This document shows, piece by piece, positions 14,001-28,715 of a DNA stretch of 64,000 bases. Made by a program: the position numbers and the translations under genes. This DNA is from Felis catus (Eukaryota): NCBI RefSeq assembly GCF_018350175.1, contig NC_058368.1:128342001-128406000 (forward strand). Direction: 5' to 3'. Position 1 is the stretch's first letter. The number at the start of each line of letters is the position of its first letter. The notes under the pieces were generated by a model that did no database searches, was not told the DNA's origin, and saw nothing but the letters and a program-made list of their open reading frames with translations.

Positions 14001-14532
14001 AAGAAAACCTAATCTATCGGATAAAAAGCTTCTATTTCTGGTTGTCTGGTGCCAGTGCTGGCGTTGGGGACTGACTAAGAGAGAGCACAAGAGAACCTTC
14101 AGAACTAATGGGAATGACCTGTTAATTTAATGCTAATTACACTAGTATAAACTCATCAAAACTCACTGAACTGTACTTAAAATGAGTGCATATTAATTGT
14201 ATATTATGTATGTTAATTATACTTTAATAAAGTCAACTTTATAAAGTTAAAATAAATTATTTATTCATTTAAATAAATTAAACAAATCAAGAGAAATTAG
14301 AGCCCTAAACATGAGAAATGCAAAACTTAAAAATCTTAAAAGTACAGAATCTCTTTGTGAAAGATTTCTTAAGATACACAAGTAAATTAATTTGACCAAA
14401 ATAGAACATAAAAGGTTTTTTTTTACGTTTTGATTAAAACCAAAAGAGAAGCCAAAGACTATAAAATATATTTGCAAGACACAAGGTATGAAGAATTAGT
14501 ACCTAGAATATATTTTTAGAATGAAGAAAGAA

Positions 14533-14596
<64 letters not shown>

Positions 14597-14735
14597 AAAG
14601 GGAAGGAAGGAATAAACCAAGAGAAAAAAATGGGTAAAAGACAGAAAAAGTATTTCACCCAAGAAGAAATCCATATGACCGATAAACAGCAACAAGATTC
14701 CTTTTCACACATATCAGATTGCAAAAATTAAAAAG
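11060..14735 (+). mobile_element. Ancient L1M fragments (ORF2 piece, 5'/ORF1 region, 3' end)
   Basis: A-rich decayed L1 sequence, e.g. gacttcatcaaaactaaaagcttctgc, aatagacacttcacaaaagaag, tatgactcagcaattccacccctaactattt. Confidence 0.75.
14524..14600 (+). repeat. (GAAA)n tetranucleotide microsatellite
   Basis: Directly visible. Confidence 0.95.
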
Positions 14736-14737
14736 CC

Positions 14738-16408
<1,671 letters not shown>

Positions 16409-17249
16409 AAAAATTTAATGCCTGATGAAACCAAGTATTGGTAAAAAAAAAAAAATGGTCCAACAGAAATATATTTCTAATATATGTGTAAGTTGCTGTG
16501 ACTCTGGAAAGCAATTTGCTTCAACTAGTAAGATGTAAATAGCAAACAGCCCAGTAGTTCAGCTTCTAGATATAGAGAAAGACATGGATGTTTTGTATCA
16601 CTGCACAGTATATGTGTTAAATTAGGGTGATGGGCACATAGATGCCTCTTATATTACTCTCCACTCTGACAATTTAACCACTATCCTCCTGCCAAATAGT
16701 ACTTAAAGTGAAAGTTTGGAAATCAGATTTCAGGGTCACTCATTTCATGTCACTGGAGAATTATTTTTTCTACAGACAATATTTCCAATAAAAATGAACA
16801 CAACAACTACTAAATCTTGGCTTCTATGTATCATTCTCTACTCACAGGAAGCAAGAATCCTTGAAGAAATGCCTGAGAAAGAAAAAATAAGGACCTTTCC
16901 TGCCAGAAAATAAGAAAGTGTTCAAAGAATGATAGGGATGTGGTTTAAAAAATATATAATACATGAGCTAGTTTTTAAGGACCTCCTTCAGGGATTCCAA
17001 TTACAAGTATATTAGACTACTTCATATTGCTCTATATGTCACTAGGGCTGTGTTTGACGCATGTTGTTTGTTTTGTTTCTAGACCCTGTTCCCTCTGTGC
17101 TTTCTTTAGGCTAGCGTTTATTACTGTATATTCAAGTTCACCGATCTTTTCTTCTGCAATGTCTAACCTGTTCCTAAACCCATTCAATGAAATTTCCACT
17201 TATAATATTGTGCTTTTTTAAGTCCTAAAGTCCAATTTGGTTCTTTTTC

Positions 17250-20200
17250 TCTGTTTTTTGTTATGAAATTATCTTTAAATGTACAATTCAGCAGTTTTTA
17301 GTATATTTATTAAGTTAGGTCCATCACCACTAATTCCAGAATAATTCTGTCACTCAAAAAAGAAACCCTCATACCAATTAACACTCACTCCCCATTCTCT
17401 CCTCCCCTCACCTCGTAGAAAACACTAATCACAGCCCCAGATTTGCCTGTTTTGAACATTTCATATAAATGGAATCATACAAAATAAGGTATTTTGTGTC
17501 TGGCTTCTTTCACTTAGAATAATGTTTCAAGGTTCAACCATGTTATAGCATGTAACATGGCTGCATAATATTCTATCGTGTGGATATATTAAATATTTCA
17601 TTCATTTTTTTTAGTTTGTTTTTTTAATTTCATTTTTTATTTTTTAAAATTTACATCCAAATTGGTTAGCATACAGTAAAACAATGATTTCAGGAGTAGA
17701 TTCCTTAATGCCCCTTACCCATTTAGCCCATCTCCTTTTCCACAACCCCTCCACCAAACCTCAGTTTGTTCTCCATATTTATGAGTCTCTTCTGTTTTGG
17801 CCCCTTCCCTGTTTTTATATTATTTTTGTTTCCCTTCCCTTATGTTAATTCGTCTTGTCTCTTAAAGTCCTCATATGAGTGAAGTCATATGATTTTTGTC
17901 TTTCTCTGACTAATTTCACTTAGCATAATACCCTCCAGTTCCATCCACGTAGTTACAAGTGGCAAGATTTCATTCTTTCTGATTGCCGAGTAATACTCCA
18001 TTGTACAGATATACCACCTCTTCTTTATCCATTCATCCATCGATGGACATTTGGGCTCTTTCCATACTTTGGCTATTGTGGATAGTGCTCCTATAAACAT
18101 GGGGGTGCATGTTTGCACCTTCAAAACAACACACCTATATCCCGTGGATAAATGCCTAGTAGTGCAATTGCTGGGTCGTAGGGTAGTTCTATTTTTAGTT
18201 TTTTGAGGAACCTCCATACTGTTTTCCAGAGTGGCTGCACCAGCTTGCATTCCCACCAACAATGCAAAAGAGATGCTCTTTTTCTACATCCTCACCAATA
18301 TCTATTGCTGCCTGAGTTGTTAATGTTAGCCAAGCTGACAGGTGTGAGGTGGTATCTCACTGTGGTTTTGATTTGTATTTCCCTGACGATGAGTGATGTT
18401 GAGCATTTTTTCATGTGTCAGTTGACCATCTGGATATCTACCTTGGAGAAGTGTCTATTCATGTCTTTTGCCCATTTCTTCACTGGATTCTTTGTTTTCT
18501 GGGTGTTGAACTTGATAAGTTCTTTATAGATTTTGGATACTAACCCTTTATCTGATATGTTGTTTGCAAATATCTTCTCCCATTCTGTCGGTTGCCTTTT
18601 AGTTTTCCTGATTGTTTCCTTCACTGTGCAGAAGTTTTTTATTTTGATGAGGTCCCAGTAGTTCATTTTTGCTTTTGTTTCCCTTGCCTCCAGAGACAAG
18701 AGGCAAGAAGTTGAGTAAGTTGAGTAAGAAGTTGCTGCGGCCAAGATCAAAGAGGTTTTTGCCTGATTTCTCCTCGAGGATTTGATGGCTTCTTGTCTTA
18801 CATTGAGGTCTTTCATCCATTTTGAGTTTGTTTTTGTGTATGGTGTAAGAAAGTGGTCCAGGTTCATTCTTCTGCATGTCACTGTCCAGTTTTCCCAGCA
18901 CCACTTGCTGAAGAGACTGTCTTTATTCCATTGGATATTCTTTCCTGCTTTGTCAAAGATTAATTGGCCATAGGTTTGTGGGTCCATTTCTGGGTTCTCT
19001 ATTCTGTTCTATTGATCTGAGTGTCTGTTCTTGTGCCAGTACCATACTGTCTTGAGGGTTACAGCTTTGTAGTATAGCTTGAAGTCCGGGATTGTGATGC
19101 CTCCTGCTTTGGTTTTCTTTTCCAAGATCGCTTTGGCTATTCGGGGTCTTTTCTGCTCCCATACAAATTTTAGGATTGTTTGTTCTAGCTCTGTGAAGAT
19201 TGCTGGTGTTACTTTCATAGGGATTGCATTGAATATGTAGATTGCTTTGGGTATTATCGACATTTTAACAATATCTGTTCTTCCTATCCAGGAGCATGGA
19301 ATCTTTTTCATTTTTTTGTGTCTTCAAATTCTTTCACAAGCTTTCTATAATTTTCAGATTTTTTACCTCTTTGGTTAGATTTATTCCTAGGTATTTTATG
19401 GTTTTTGGTGCAACTGTAAATGGGATCGATTCCTTGATTTCTCTGTCGCTTCATTGTTGGTGTATAGGAATGCAACCAATTTCTGTGTGTTGATTTTATA
19501 TCCTGCAACTTTGCTGAATTCATGAATCAGTTCTAGCAGTTTTTTGGTGGAATCTTTTGGGTTTTGCATACAGAGTATCATGTCATCTGCAAAGAGTGAA
19601 AGTTTGACCACCTCCTGGCCCATCTGGATGCCTTTGATTTGTGTTGTCTGATTGCAGAGGCTAAGACTTCCAATACTATGTTGAATAACAGTGGTGAGAG
19701 TGGACATCCCTGTCTTGTTCCTGACCTTAGGGGAAAGCTCTCAATTTGTCACCATTGAGGATGATATAGCCGTTGGGTCCTTCACATATGGCTTTTATGA
19801 TCTCGAGGTATGCTCCTTCTATCCCTACTTTGAGAATTTTAATCAAGAAAGGATGCTGTGTTTTGTCAAATGCTTTCTCTGCATCTATTGAGAGAATCAT
19901 ATGGTTCTTGTCCTTTCTTTTACTGATGTGATGAATCCCGTGAATTGTTTTGCAGATATTGAACCAGCCCTGCATCCCAGGTATAAATCCCACTTGGTCA
20001 TGGTGAATAATTTTTTTAATGTATTATTGGATCTGGTTGGCTAATATCTTGTTGAGGATTTTTGCATCCATGTTCATCAGGGAAATTGGTCTATAGTTCT
20101 CCTTTTTAGTGGGGTCTCTGGTTTTGGAATCAAGGTAATGCTGGCTTCATAGAAAGAGTTTGGAAGTTTTCCTTCCATTTCTATTTTTTGGAACAGTTTC

Positions 20201-22520
20201 AAGAGAATGGGTGTTAACTCTTCCTTAAATGTTTGGTAGAATTCCCCTGGAAAGCCATTTAGTCCTGGACACTTGTTTTTTGGCAGATTTTTTATTACTA
20301 ATTCGATTTCCTTACTGGTTACAGGTCTGTTCAAATTTTCTATTTCTTCCTGTTTCAGTTTTGGTAGTGTATATGTTTCTAGGAATTTGTCCATTTCTTC
20401 CAGATTACCCACTGGCATATAATTGCTCATAATATTCTCTTATTATTGTTTTTATTTCTGTTGTGTTGGTTGTGATCTCTCTTCTTTCATTCTTGATTTT
20501 ACTTATTTGGGTCCTTTCCTTTTTCTTCTGATCAAACTGGCTAGTGGTTTATCAATTTTGTTAATTCTTTCAAAGAAAAGCCTCTAGTTTCATTGATCTG
20601 TTTTTTTGGTTTCGATAGCATTAATTTCTGCTCTAATCTTTATTATTTCCTGTCTTCTGCTGGTTTGGGGTTTTATTTGCTGTTCTTTTCCCATCTCCTT
20701 AAGGCATAAGGTTAGATTGTGTATCTGAGATCTTTCTTCCTTCTTTAGGAAGGCCTGGATTGCTATATACTTTCCTCTTATGACTGCCTTTGCTGCGTCC
20801 CAGAGGTTTGGGGTTGTGGTGTTATCAGTTTCATTGACTTCCATATACTTTTTAATTTCCTCTTTAACTGCTTGGTTAGCCCATTCATTCTTTACTAGGA
20901 TGTTCTTCAGTCTCCAAGTATTTGTTACCTTTGCAAATTTTTTCTTGTGGTTGATTTCGAGTTTCATAGCATTATGGTCTGAAAATATGCACGGTATGAT
21001 CTTGATCTTTTTGTACTTACTTAGGGCTGATTTGTGTCCCAGTATATGGTCTATTCTGGAATGTATATTCTGCTGCTTTAGGATGAAATGTTCTGAATAT
21101 ATCTGTTAAGTCCATCTGGTCCAGTGTGTCATTCAAAGCCATTGTTTCCTTGTTGATTTTGTGTTTAGATGATCTGTCCATTGCTGAAGGAGGGTGTTGA
21201 AGTCCCCTACTATAATGGTATTATTATCAATGAGTATCTTTATGTTTGTGATTAATTGATTTATATATTTGGGTGCTCTCATATTTGGAGCATAAATGTC
21301 TACAATTGTTAGGTCTTCTTGGTGGATAGACCCCTTAATTATGATATACTGCTCTTCTTCATCTCTTGTTACAATCTTTATCTTAAAGTCTAGATTGAGT
21401 GATATAAACATGGCTTTCTTTCGTCGGCCATTAGCATGATAGATGGTTCTCCATCCCCTTATTTTCAATCTGAAGGTATCTTTAGGTCTAAAGTGGGTCT
21501 CTTGTAAACAGCATATAGATGGATATTGTTTTCTTATCCATTCTGTTAACCTATGTCTTTTGATTGGAGCATTGAGTCCATTGACATTTAGAGTGAGTAC
21601 TGAAAGATATGAATTTGTTGTCATTATGATGCTTGTAGAGTTGGAGTGTTGGTGGTGTTCTCTGGTCGTTTCTAATCTTTTGCTGCTTTTGGTGTGTATA
21701 TATATATTTTCGTCTTTTCCCCCCTAAGAAAAGTCCCTCTTAAAATTTCTTGCAGCGCTGGTTTAGTGGTCACAAACTCCTTTAATTTTTGTCTGTGAAA
21801 CTTTTTATCTCTCCTTCTATTTTGAATGACCGCCTTGCTGGATAAAAAATTCTTGGCTGCATATTTTTCTGATTCAGCACACTGAATATATCCTGCGACC
21901 ACCAGGTATCAAGCTGCGGAGTTGCAGTCTTTGCGCTCCCCTTGTTTACAGTCTTAATGGAATTTAAACCCTCTTCTTTCTCCTTTCTCCCTTTTCAGTT
22001 TAGTCCCTGCGGCTGTTTCCAATTTTCCACTTTCTCTCCAGCTGCTTTTGGGGAGGGGTTCTTTTCCCATATCCCCCCGCCCCGTATCTGTCCTCTCTCC
22101 ACCCACAAAAGCACCTCCCTTCTAGTGGCTTTTCGCTCCCCAAGTTTACCTCTCCCCACCACGTACCTGCTGAGTTCGGTGGTTCAGGTTGTGCAGATTG
22201 TTGTGTTAATCCTCAGATCGGTTTTCTAGGTGTGTAGGATGGTTTAGTGTTGGTCTGGCTGTATTTCATGGATGCGAGACACACAAAAAGCTTCCATGCT
22301 GTTCTGCCATCTTGGCTCCTCCCTCATTCATCATTTCATGGAGATCTCCATTATTTCCACTTTTTGGTTGTTATGAATAATGCTGCCATCAACATTTAGT
22401 GGTTGTGTGACATATGTTATCAACTGTTTGGTATATACCTAAGAGTGGAACTGCTGACTCATATGGCAATGTTTAACCTTTTTTAAAGAAATGCTAAACT
22501 GTTTTATAAAAAGGCTATGC
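17250..22520 (-). mobile_element. Ancient L1MB-like 3' end (17250-17605 and 22324-22520) hosting the older carnivore L1
   Basis: Typical ttcatataaatggaatcatac...tctggcttctttcacttag sequence that resumes after the insertion with ttatgaataatgctgcc...gagtggaactgctg. Confidence 0.65.
17606..22323 (-). mobile_element. Older carnivore L1, 5'- and 3'-complete but internally deleted and with a disrupted ORF2; sense to DEPDC1B, in intron 7
   Basis: Minus strand starts GGGAGGAGCCAAGATGG; only the ORF1 C-terminus remains; ORF2 in many frameshifted pieces (TLNVNGL, QETH, FADD); A-tail at ~17606-17645; candidate TSD tcattcat at 17598-17605 and 22324-22331. Confidence 0.93.
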
Positions 22521-22554
22521 CAAAGTAGTTAAGACTTGCCCCAAGAATACATCC

Positions 22555-22752
22555 GGGGGACACCTGGGTGGCTCATCAATTGAGCATAAGACTTCAGCTC
22601 AGGTCATCATCTCATAGTCTGTGAGTTCAAGGCCCATGTTGGGCTCTGTGCTAACAGCTCAGAGCCTGGAGCCTGCTTCCAATTCTGTGTCTCCCTCTCT
22701 CTCTGCCCCTCCCCCACCCCCGTCTCTCTCTCAAAAATAAATAAACATAAAA
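22555..22752 (+). mobile_element. Can-SINE
   Basis: gggggacacctgggtggctca head; gagcctggagcctgcttc; CT tract; tail. Confidence 0.88.
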
Positions 22753-23697
22753 TACACCTGGGATTCACACCAATGTGCTCTTCCTCCCTTACACACATAA
22801 TTATCAACACATAATCATCAACCTGCTTCCAATAAACTCTACTTGGTTTTAATTTAGTTTTAAAATTGATGGTCAGCAATTATTAATTGCTAATTAAAAG
22901 ATTACACTCTTGAATTAATACCATACTCTATATCCTTTATTAACACTGACAGATATATTTTTCTTGACTACTCTAAGAGTCCTAAAGAAAAAAAATAATA
23001 ATTTTGGAGTAGGTTTAAAAAGTTTATCTGTCAGCCATCCATCATCATTGTGTTATATCATTAAGGAGTCCACCACCAAAATCTTCAGGAACCTGAAAAA
23101 AAAAGTCTTCAAGCTCTAGTAGCCATTAAGTAAATCTATATTTTAAAAGAAATTGAACCTAGGGAATAAAGGAGACTTAAACTAATAGCATTGCTCAACC
23201 ACATCAAAGCCACAACTTGTAATCACAAAAATATTAACTGGTAGGAAGTTTAGAAAACTGGCAGGGGAATACTTTATAAATTATTCTTTTTAAATATTTT
23301 GGAAAGTTTCAAGAGGCAATAGCATAAAAAGTCATAGTCCTAGAATTCCCTTAGCATTAGAAATATAGATATTATAGACAAGGGGAAAAACATGGTCCCA
23401 AAGACAGTTAACTGTGCCCCAGTTTATCACATCACTATACATGCCAGAGAAAAATAGAAGACTAGATTAAAAGTAAAAATATTTGTAGAATGTGGCAATT
23501 TACAACACTTCCATGCCATTAATCTTGATGAGAGTAGATAGGTCTACTACATGTAAAAGCACATGAATTTCACAAAATACTTTCTGAACTAAAATACAAG
23601 ATCTTCCACTACAGAAAGGAATTTTAAAAGTGTGATAGTGGTTTTGAAGCTTATTTTTCTGTCTTTAAAAATCAAAATAAAAAAATAAGAGCAGCTA

Positions 23698-23745
23698 ATA
23701 TATATATTATATATATATGTGTATTATATATAATATATATAATAA
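23698..23745. repeat. Short (TA)n-rich tract
   Basis: Directly visible. Confidence 0.8.
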
Positions 23746-23799
23746 TAAAACTAATTTTTTATGGGAGAAGAAAATAGTTAACATTAATGGAGTTAACAT

Positions 23800-24035
23800 T
23801 AAACATACTTTATTATGTACCTAATAGTGTTCTAAACACTAAACATTATCTCATTTAATCTTTACAAAAACTCTATAAGGTATTTAACCATCATTAATCC
23901 CACTTACAGTAAAGACAGTGAGACTTAAAGAAATGAGGTCACTTGCCCAAATCACACAGCTAGTTAGTGGCAAAATGGGGTGTGAGCTTACTTACATGGT
24001 CTAGGGCAGACACGCCTCAATACCATTCTATATTA
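23800..24035 (-). mobile_element. MIR SINE
   Basis: tctcatttaatctttacaaaaactct...acttgcccaaatcacacagctag. Confidence 0.6.
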
Positions 24036-24397
24036 CTGACTTTGTCCATGTGGCCAATTATTTCCTAAGGATAAATTCCTATAAGTAGAAATGTTGGCTC
24101 AAAGAATATGCACAAATATTTCATACGCAGAAAGTCAAAATATCACCCTGCATTCTTCAACTGGGGGCAAGAAGTAGATGGTAAAAAGAAGAGAATTTCT
24201 CAACATAGTGAAATCTGAAACTAGTTCCTTTATACCAGAGAGAGCACATAAAACCATTTCTTCTCCTCATTTCTCTCTCATCAAGTAAAACTACAATGTA
24301 GTGTAACCCTGAAGAAACTTCCAAACCACTTTAAAATGCTAATTCCACCACAAAAAGAAGGAAAACTTGAATGTAACTCTAAACAATATGATCCATA

Positions 24398-24615
24398 GGG
24401 GCCGCCTGGGTGGCTCAGTAGGTTAAGTGGCCGATTCTTGATTCTGGCTTATGTCATGATCTCACAGTTCATGGGTTCAAGCCCCACATCAGGCTCTGGG
24501 CTGACAGCACCGAGCCTTCTTGGGATTCTCTCTCTCCCTCTCTGCCTCTTCTTTGTTTGTGTTCTCCCTCTCCCCCACCCTCTCTCTCTCAAAATAAATA
24601 AACTTAAATATATAT
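24398..24615 (+). mobile_element. Can-SINE
   Basis: SINE head and tail; TSD atatgatccata. Confidence 0.88.
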
Positions 24616-26103
24616 ATATGATCCATAAGTAAAAAGTTATTTTTTTTATCGAAGTTTAAAGGACAAACCACATATAGCATAAGCATCTTTCACCATTAAC
24701 TACTATTACTAGTAATATCTGAGAAATATTACACTTTGAGAGATTTTCTCATTCATTAAATCCTCATAGTCATCTTACTATGTAGGTAAATGGAGATGAA
24801 ATTTAAAGTAGGGTTTTTTTTCAAAAATTTTTTACTGCAACAAAAATTAAGAAATATATGTTACGTCACAATATATACGCATATACATAGGTATTTAAAA
24901 CAAAGTCTACAAATATACCTACTATGTATATTCTGTCTTTTTAACACTGTTCTACTACAGAGAATTCACATCCAACACACAGTTTCTGAAATAGTGGCTT
25001 ACAGAGACTCCTGAATTTGAACCAAGGCTCTTTTATAACGAACATCCAGGAATACACAGCCAGAGCCAGAGAGATATTCTGGTCAGAGCTCAGGAGACAG
25101 ATCAAGGATGAAAGTAAGGAGTGGAAATCCTTAGCACATGGGTCATCTATGAAGTGGTATGAATATGTTCAAAGGGAAGACGTATGGGGAAAAGCTGAGA
25201 TTTGAAGCGCCTGTAATACTTCAGTCCTTCTTGGCAACCAGTTCCAAGGATGTTATTTTTCAATCTGTCCAAATGTCAAAGCAGGACTCACTTTTAGTTC
25301 TGCTTTTGAATGTTGGAGTGCGACATAATGCTTTCCTCAGTTCAAACACATGCAGAATACTTAGATTCTCAAAAACAGTTTAATCTGATTTCTCTGTTTC
25401 CTAACTTCTTTCTCATTGCTGACCATTACGTTTATTTTCTTTCATAAAATGTTACTGACAAAAACACACTACAGAACTCAGGGGGAAATGACTGCAAGAG
25501 AATTTAGTTTTAAAATACACATGATGGCATACAGTTGAACTCAAAACACATCTTCAACAAGTACTATTGGATTCTTCAAGATCATAAACTACTACTGATT
25601 TTAAAGAGCTTCTTGGGGGGGTGTTTTAGGTTTTAAGAGCTCCTGAGGGATATTGGTAGGCTCTCCTCATTTTATAACCAAAGAGTTTAAAAGACTAACA
25701 ACTTTATTCTTTGGATTAATTTCACTTTGCTGAACAAAAGCTAAAAGAGTAACTTTTCATCTTTCATCATTTCTTCAACCTCAACATCACCATAAAAATA
25801 CTGAGTCTTCCTTTGCAAGAAAATGACAAGTACCTTTGGCAGCCCCAAAGGTAACTTGTTTCTTGCATTTCAGAATGACATACTAGTGCTTATCCCAATC
25901 ATGGATTATAAAGATGTATCACAAGTAGTTTCACATTAGAAAAATCTTGCTATCATTTGAAAGAAGATATGGCTAGCTAGCAACATATGATTATCCTATC
26001 TTAATTTACACATTTTGCCATTTTTTTGTATTTTTCAAAACAAAAAAAATGAAACTTAGTAGGAAAACAAGTGTAACCCACTACTTTAAATTTCATGTTT
26101 TCA

Positions 26104-26321
26104 GGGTGCCTGGGTGGCGCAGTCGGTTAAGCGTCCGACTTCAGCCAGGTCACGATCTCGCGGTCCATGGGTTCGAGCCCCACGTCGGGCTCTGGGCTGA
26201 TGGCTCAGAGCCTGGAGCCTGTTTCCGATTCTGTGTCTCCCTCTCTCTCTGCCCCTCCCCCGTTCATGCTCTGTCTCTCTCTGTCCCAAAAATAAATAAA
26301 AAACGTTGAAAAAAAAAATTT
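26104..26321 (+). mobile_element. Young SINEC_Fc-type Can-SINE
   Basis: Near-identical to the 7124 copy; TSD aaatttcatgttttca at 26088-26103 and 26322-26337. Confidence 0.93.
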
Positions 26322-28119
26322 AAATTTCATGTTTTCATACCTAAAAGTATAGTAGGCATTACTACCATTTACCAATGAAAAAACCAGGGTCTAGACAGGC
26401 AGAGTGAGTCATCTAAGTGGGTACACCTCAGTGAACAAACCAAGTTCTTGAGTTTGGAGATGTTTCCATTGGTAAAATAAGAATAAAATAATGAACAAAC
26501 AAAAAAAGAATAAAATAATGAAAAGATAATAATCCACCAAATAACTCATCTTTGAGACTTTTTCAATCAGGGAAACATTTCATTATTTAGCCCCAGTGAT
26601 GAAGGATGAGTGAATAAATAATTGAATACTCAAAAAAATCCAAGTGTTCCTTATGATAAAAATAAGTAAAATTAAAATAATATTCTCTATGATTAGAGAT
26701 TAGGTGACACTTCAGCCATGAAGATCACATGACAGGCTTCAGAGTTGTCAGTGCTTTGTATGACAACTACCTTTGTCACCCTCCTTCCCATTCTCCAGTG
26801 GTTACATCAGATTTCCATTCTCAAATCATTACAAACACAAATTTTTATTTCTGTAAAGTAGAAATGGCATTTCTACTAATATATGCTATGTTATCAATAA
26901 GCGATCCCTTATGGGAGCTTCAAAAAAAAAAAAATAGTGAAATATGAAGATTTTTGAAAGGGCCCAGCATTCCCCAAAAGGCCAGTGGGATCGAGTCTGT
27001 TCAGCCAGAGAAGGAGAGACTCAAGAAGACTCAAGTTTTCGAACAACGAAAGGAATAAAAAAAAAAAAAAAGTTTCATTTTCACAGAGAAGAGGTATAAA
27101 AAGGATAATGTTTATACTAAGGTAAATGAATTCAGACTACACATCAATTGGTCAGAACTCCCTAAAGAAAGACATATCAAGAGAGACTATTTCTCTAGGG
27201 GCTTTTAAGGAAACACAAACAAGTCGTCTTTGAATTGCTTAAAAGTAGACACAGATTCACCTACCACAACATGATGCCCTTTCCTACATGAAGAGCCCCA
27301 AACTGCTATAGCACTTTTATGACTTCTTTTGCTTTCAGGCTGAGAAAGTCCTTCACCCACCCAACATCAACTATATTTTAGATGTACATTTTTTACATTT
27401 AATTATCTAATTCAGCTGGAATTTATCCTGATGAATGGTATGAGAAAAGTCTTAAGTTTTTTCCCCCAGAAGTTTTATCAGCTATCCTAGTGATTACTGG
27501 TATATTTACAAACAGCTTAGATATTTTGTTATAGCCAAGAAATACCTAGGCACTTCCCTAAATTGCTATCTTTAAGGAGCAGCTAACCCCACCTTATTCC
27601 AGCAATTGACTTAACAGTAGTCATTTTATTTGGAGGTGATTCAACATCCTTACCTTGGCTCATCTACATCTTCAAAAACTCCAGCCATAAGCCCTGGGCT
27701 CTGAGAGCAAAGAGAACCACCAGCAAGAACTTTGGACTAACATGGGCAAGAGCCCTCTGTCTGGTCAAGCACACCAACTAGGCACTCTCTGAAAAAAAGA
27801 ATTGTTTTCCCTTAAGAATTACTATGGGACACAGACCCTAAGATAACTTGAAGAACATAACAAGAGGTAGTAAGTCCATGATGGCATATAGCTCCACAGG
27901 ATATCTGAGAAGTCATCAGACAAAAGAATCAAAGATTGGAAAGTTAACCCTTATAGGTGTCTCTGGCTTAAAAAATACATAGAAGATCTCAGCTATTTAG
28001 TTTGATAATCCAGTGTACGATCAATCTAGTGAATTTCAATGGCATTTTCTAAACTTGACATTTTAGAAGGTAGGGAGCAGGAAAGAGCTACTCAGTATTC
28101 CAGCCTCTGAGCAAATAAA

Positions 28120-28715
28120 CCAGGAGCCAAAAGCCCAAGTGCCTGCAGGAGCAGACAAAAGGGATAAATGAGCAAAGAGTCAAGTGAACTTAGCTTGAGA
28201 GTCTGAGAAGCAGTGGGAAGCACTGCAAATTGGAGTTTGTGTCCCTGGAACACTTGCTCCTTCTAGTGGCGGCACTAGCCACACAGATGCAACAGTTGGT
28301 GCCCATGTAAATTCAAGCCCAGAGCAGCCACATTTTCCACTTTTTCTCTTCACAAATTTACAAATTCTTACCTGAACTTCCTGTTTCTTAAAGTTTGGCA
28401 ATTAATTACATTTTCTTTTTAAAACACAGGGGTCGGTGTGCCAGGGTGGCTTAGTCAGTTGAGCGTCTGATTCAGCTCAAGCTCGCAGTTCGTGAGTTCA
28501 AGCCACACTGGTGGCTCAGAGCTTGGAGCCTGCTTCTGATTCTGTGTCTCCCTCTCCCACGCCCCGCCCATACTCTGTCTCCATCTCTGTCTCTGTCTCT
28601 CTCTCTCAAAAATAAATACACATTAACAAAACAAAACAAAACAAAACAAAACACAGAGGTCAAATCAGATGTATTTATAACTCAGATCTGGCCCAGAGAT
28701 CACCAGTTTGGGAAC
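28120..28715 (+). mobile_element. MER102-like hAT relic interrupted by a Can-SINE
   Basis: Start resembles MER102 (cccaagtgcctgcaggagcagac...gataaatg); end gatctggccc...ccagtttg. Confidence 0.5.
28430..28648 (+). mobile_element. Can-SINE with (CAAAA)n tail
   Basis: SINE body; TSD aaaacacag. Confidence 0.82.
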
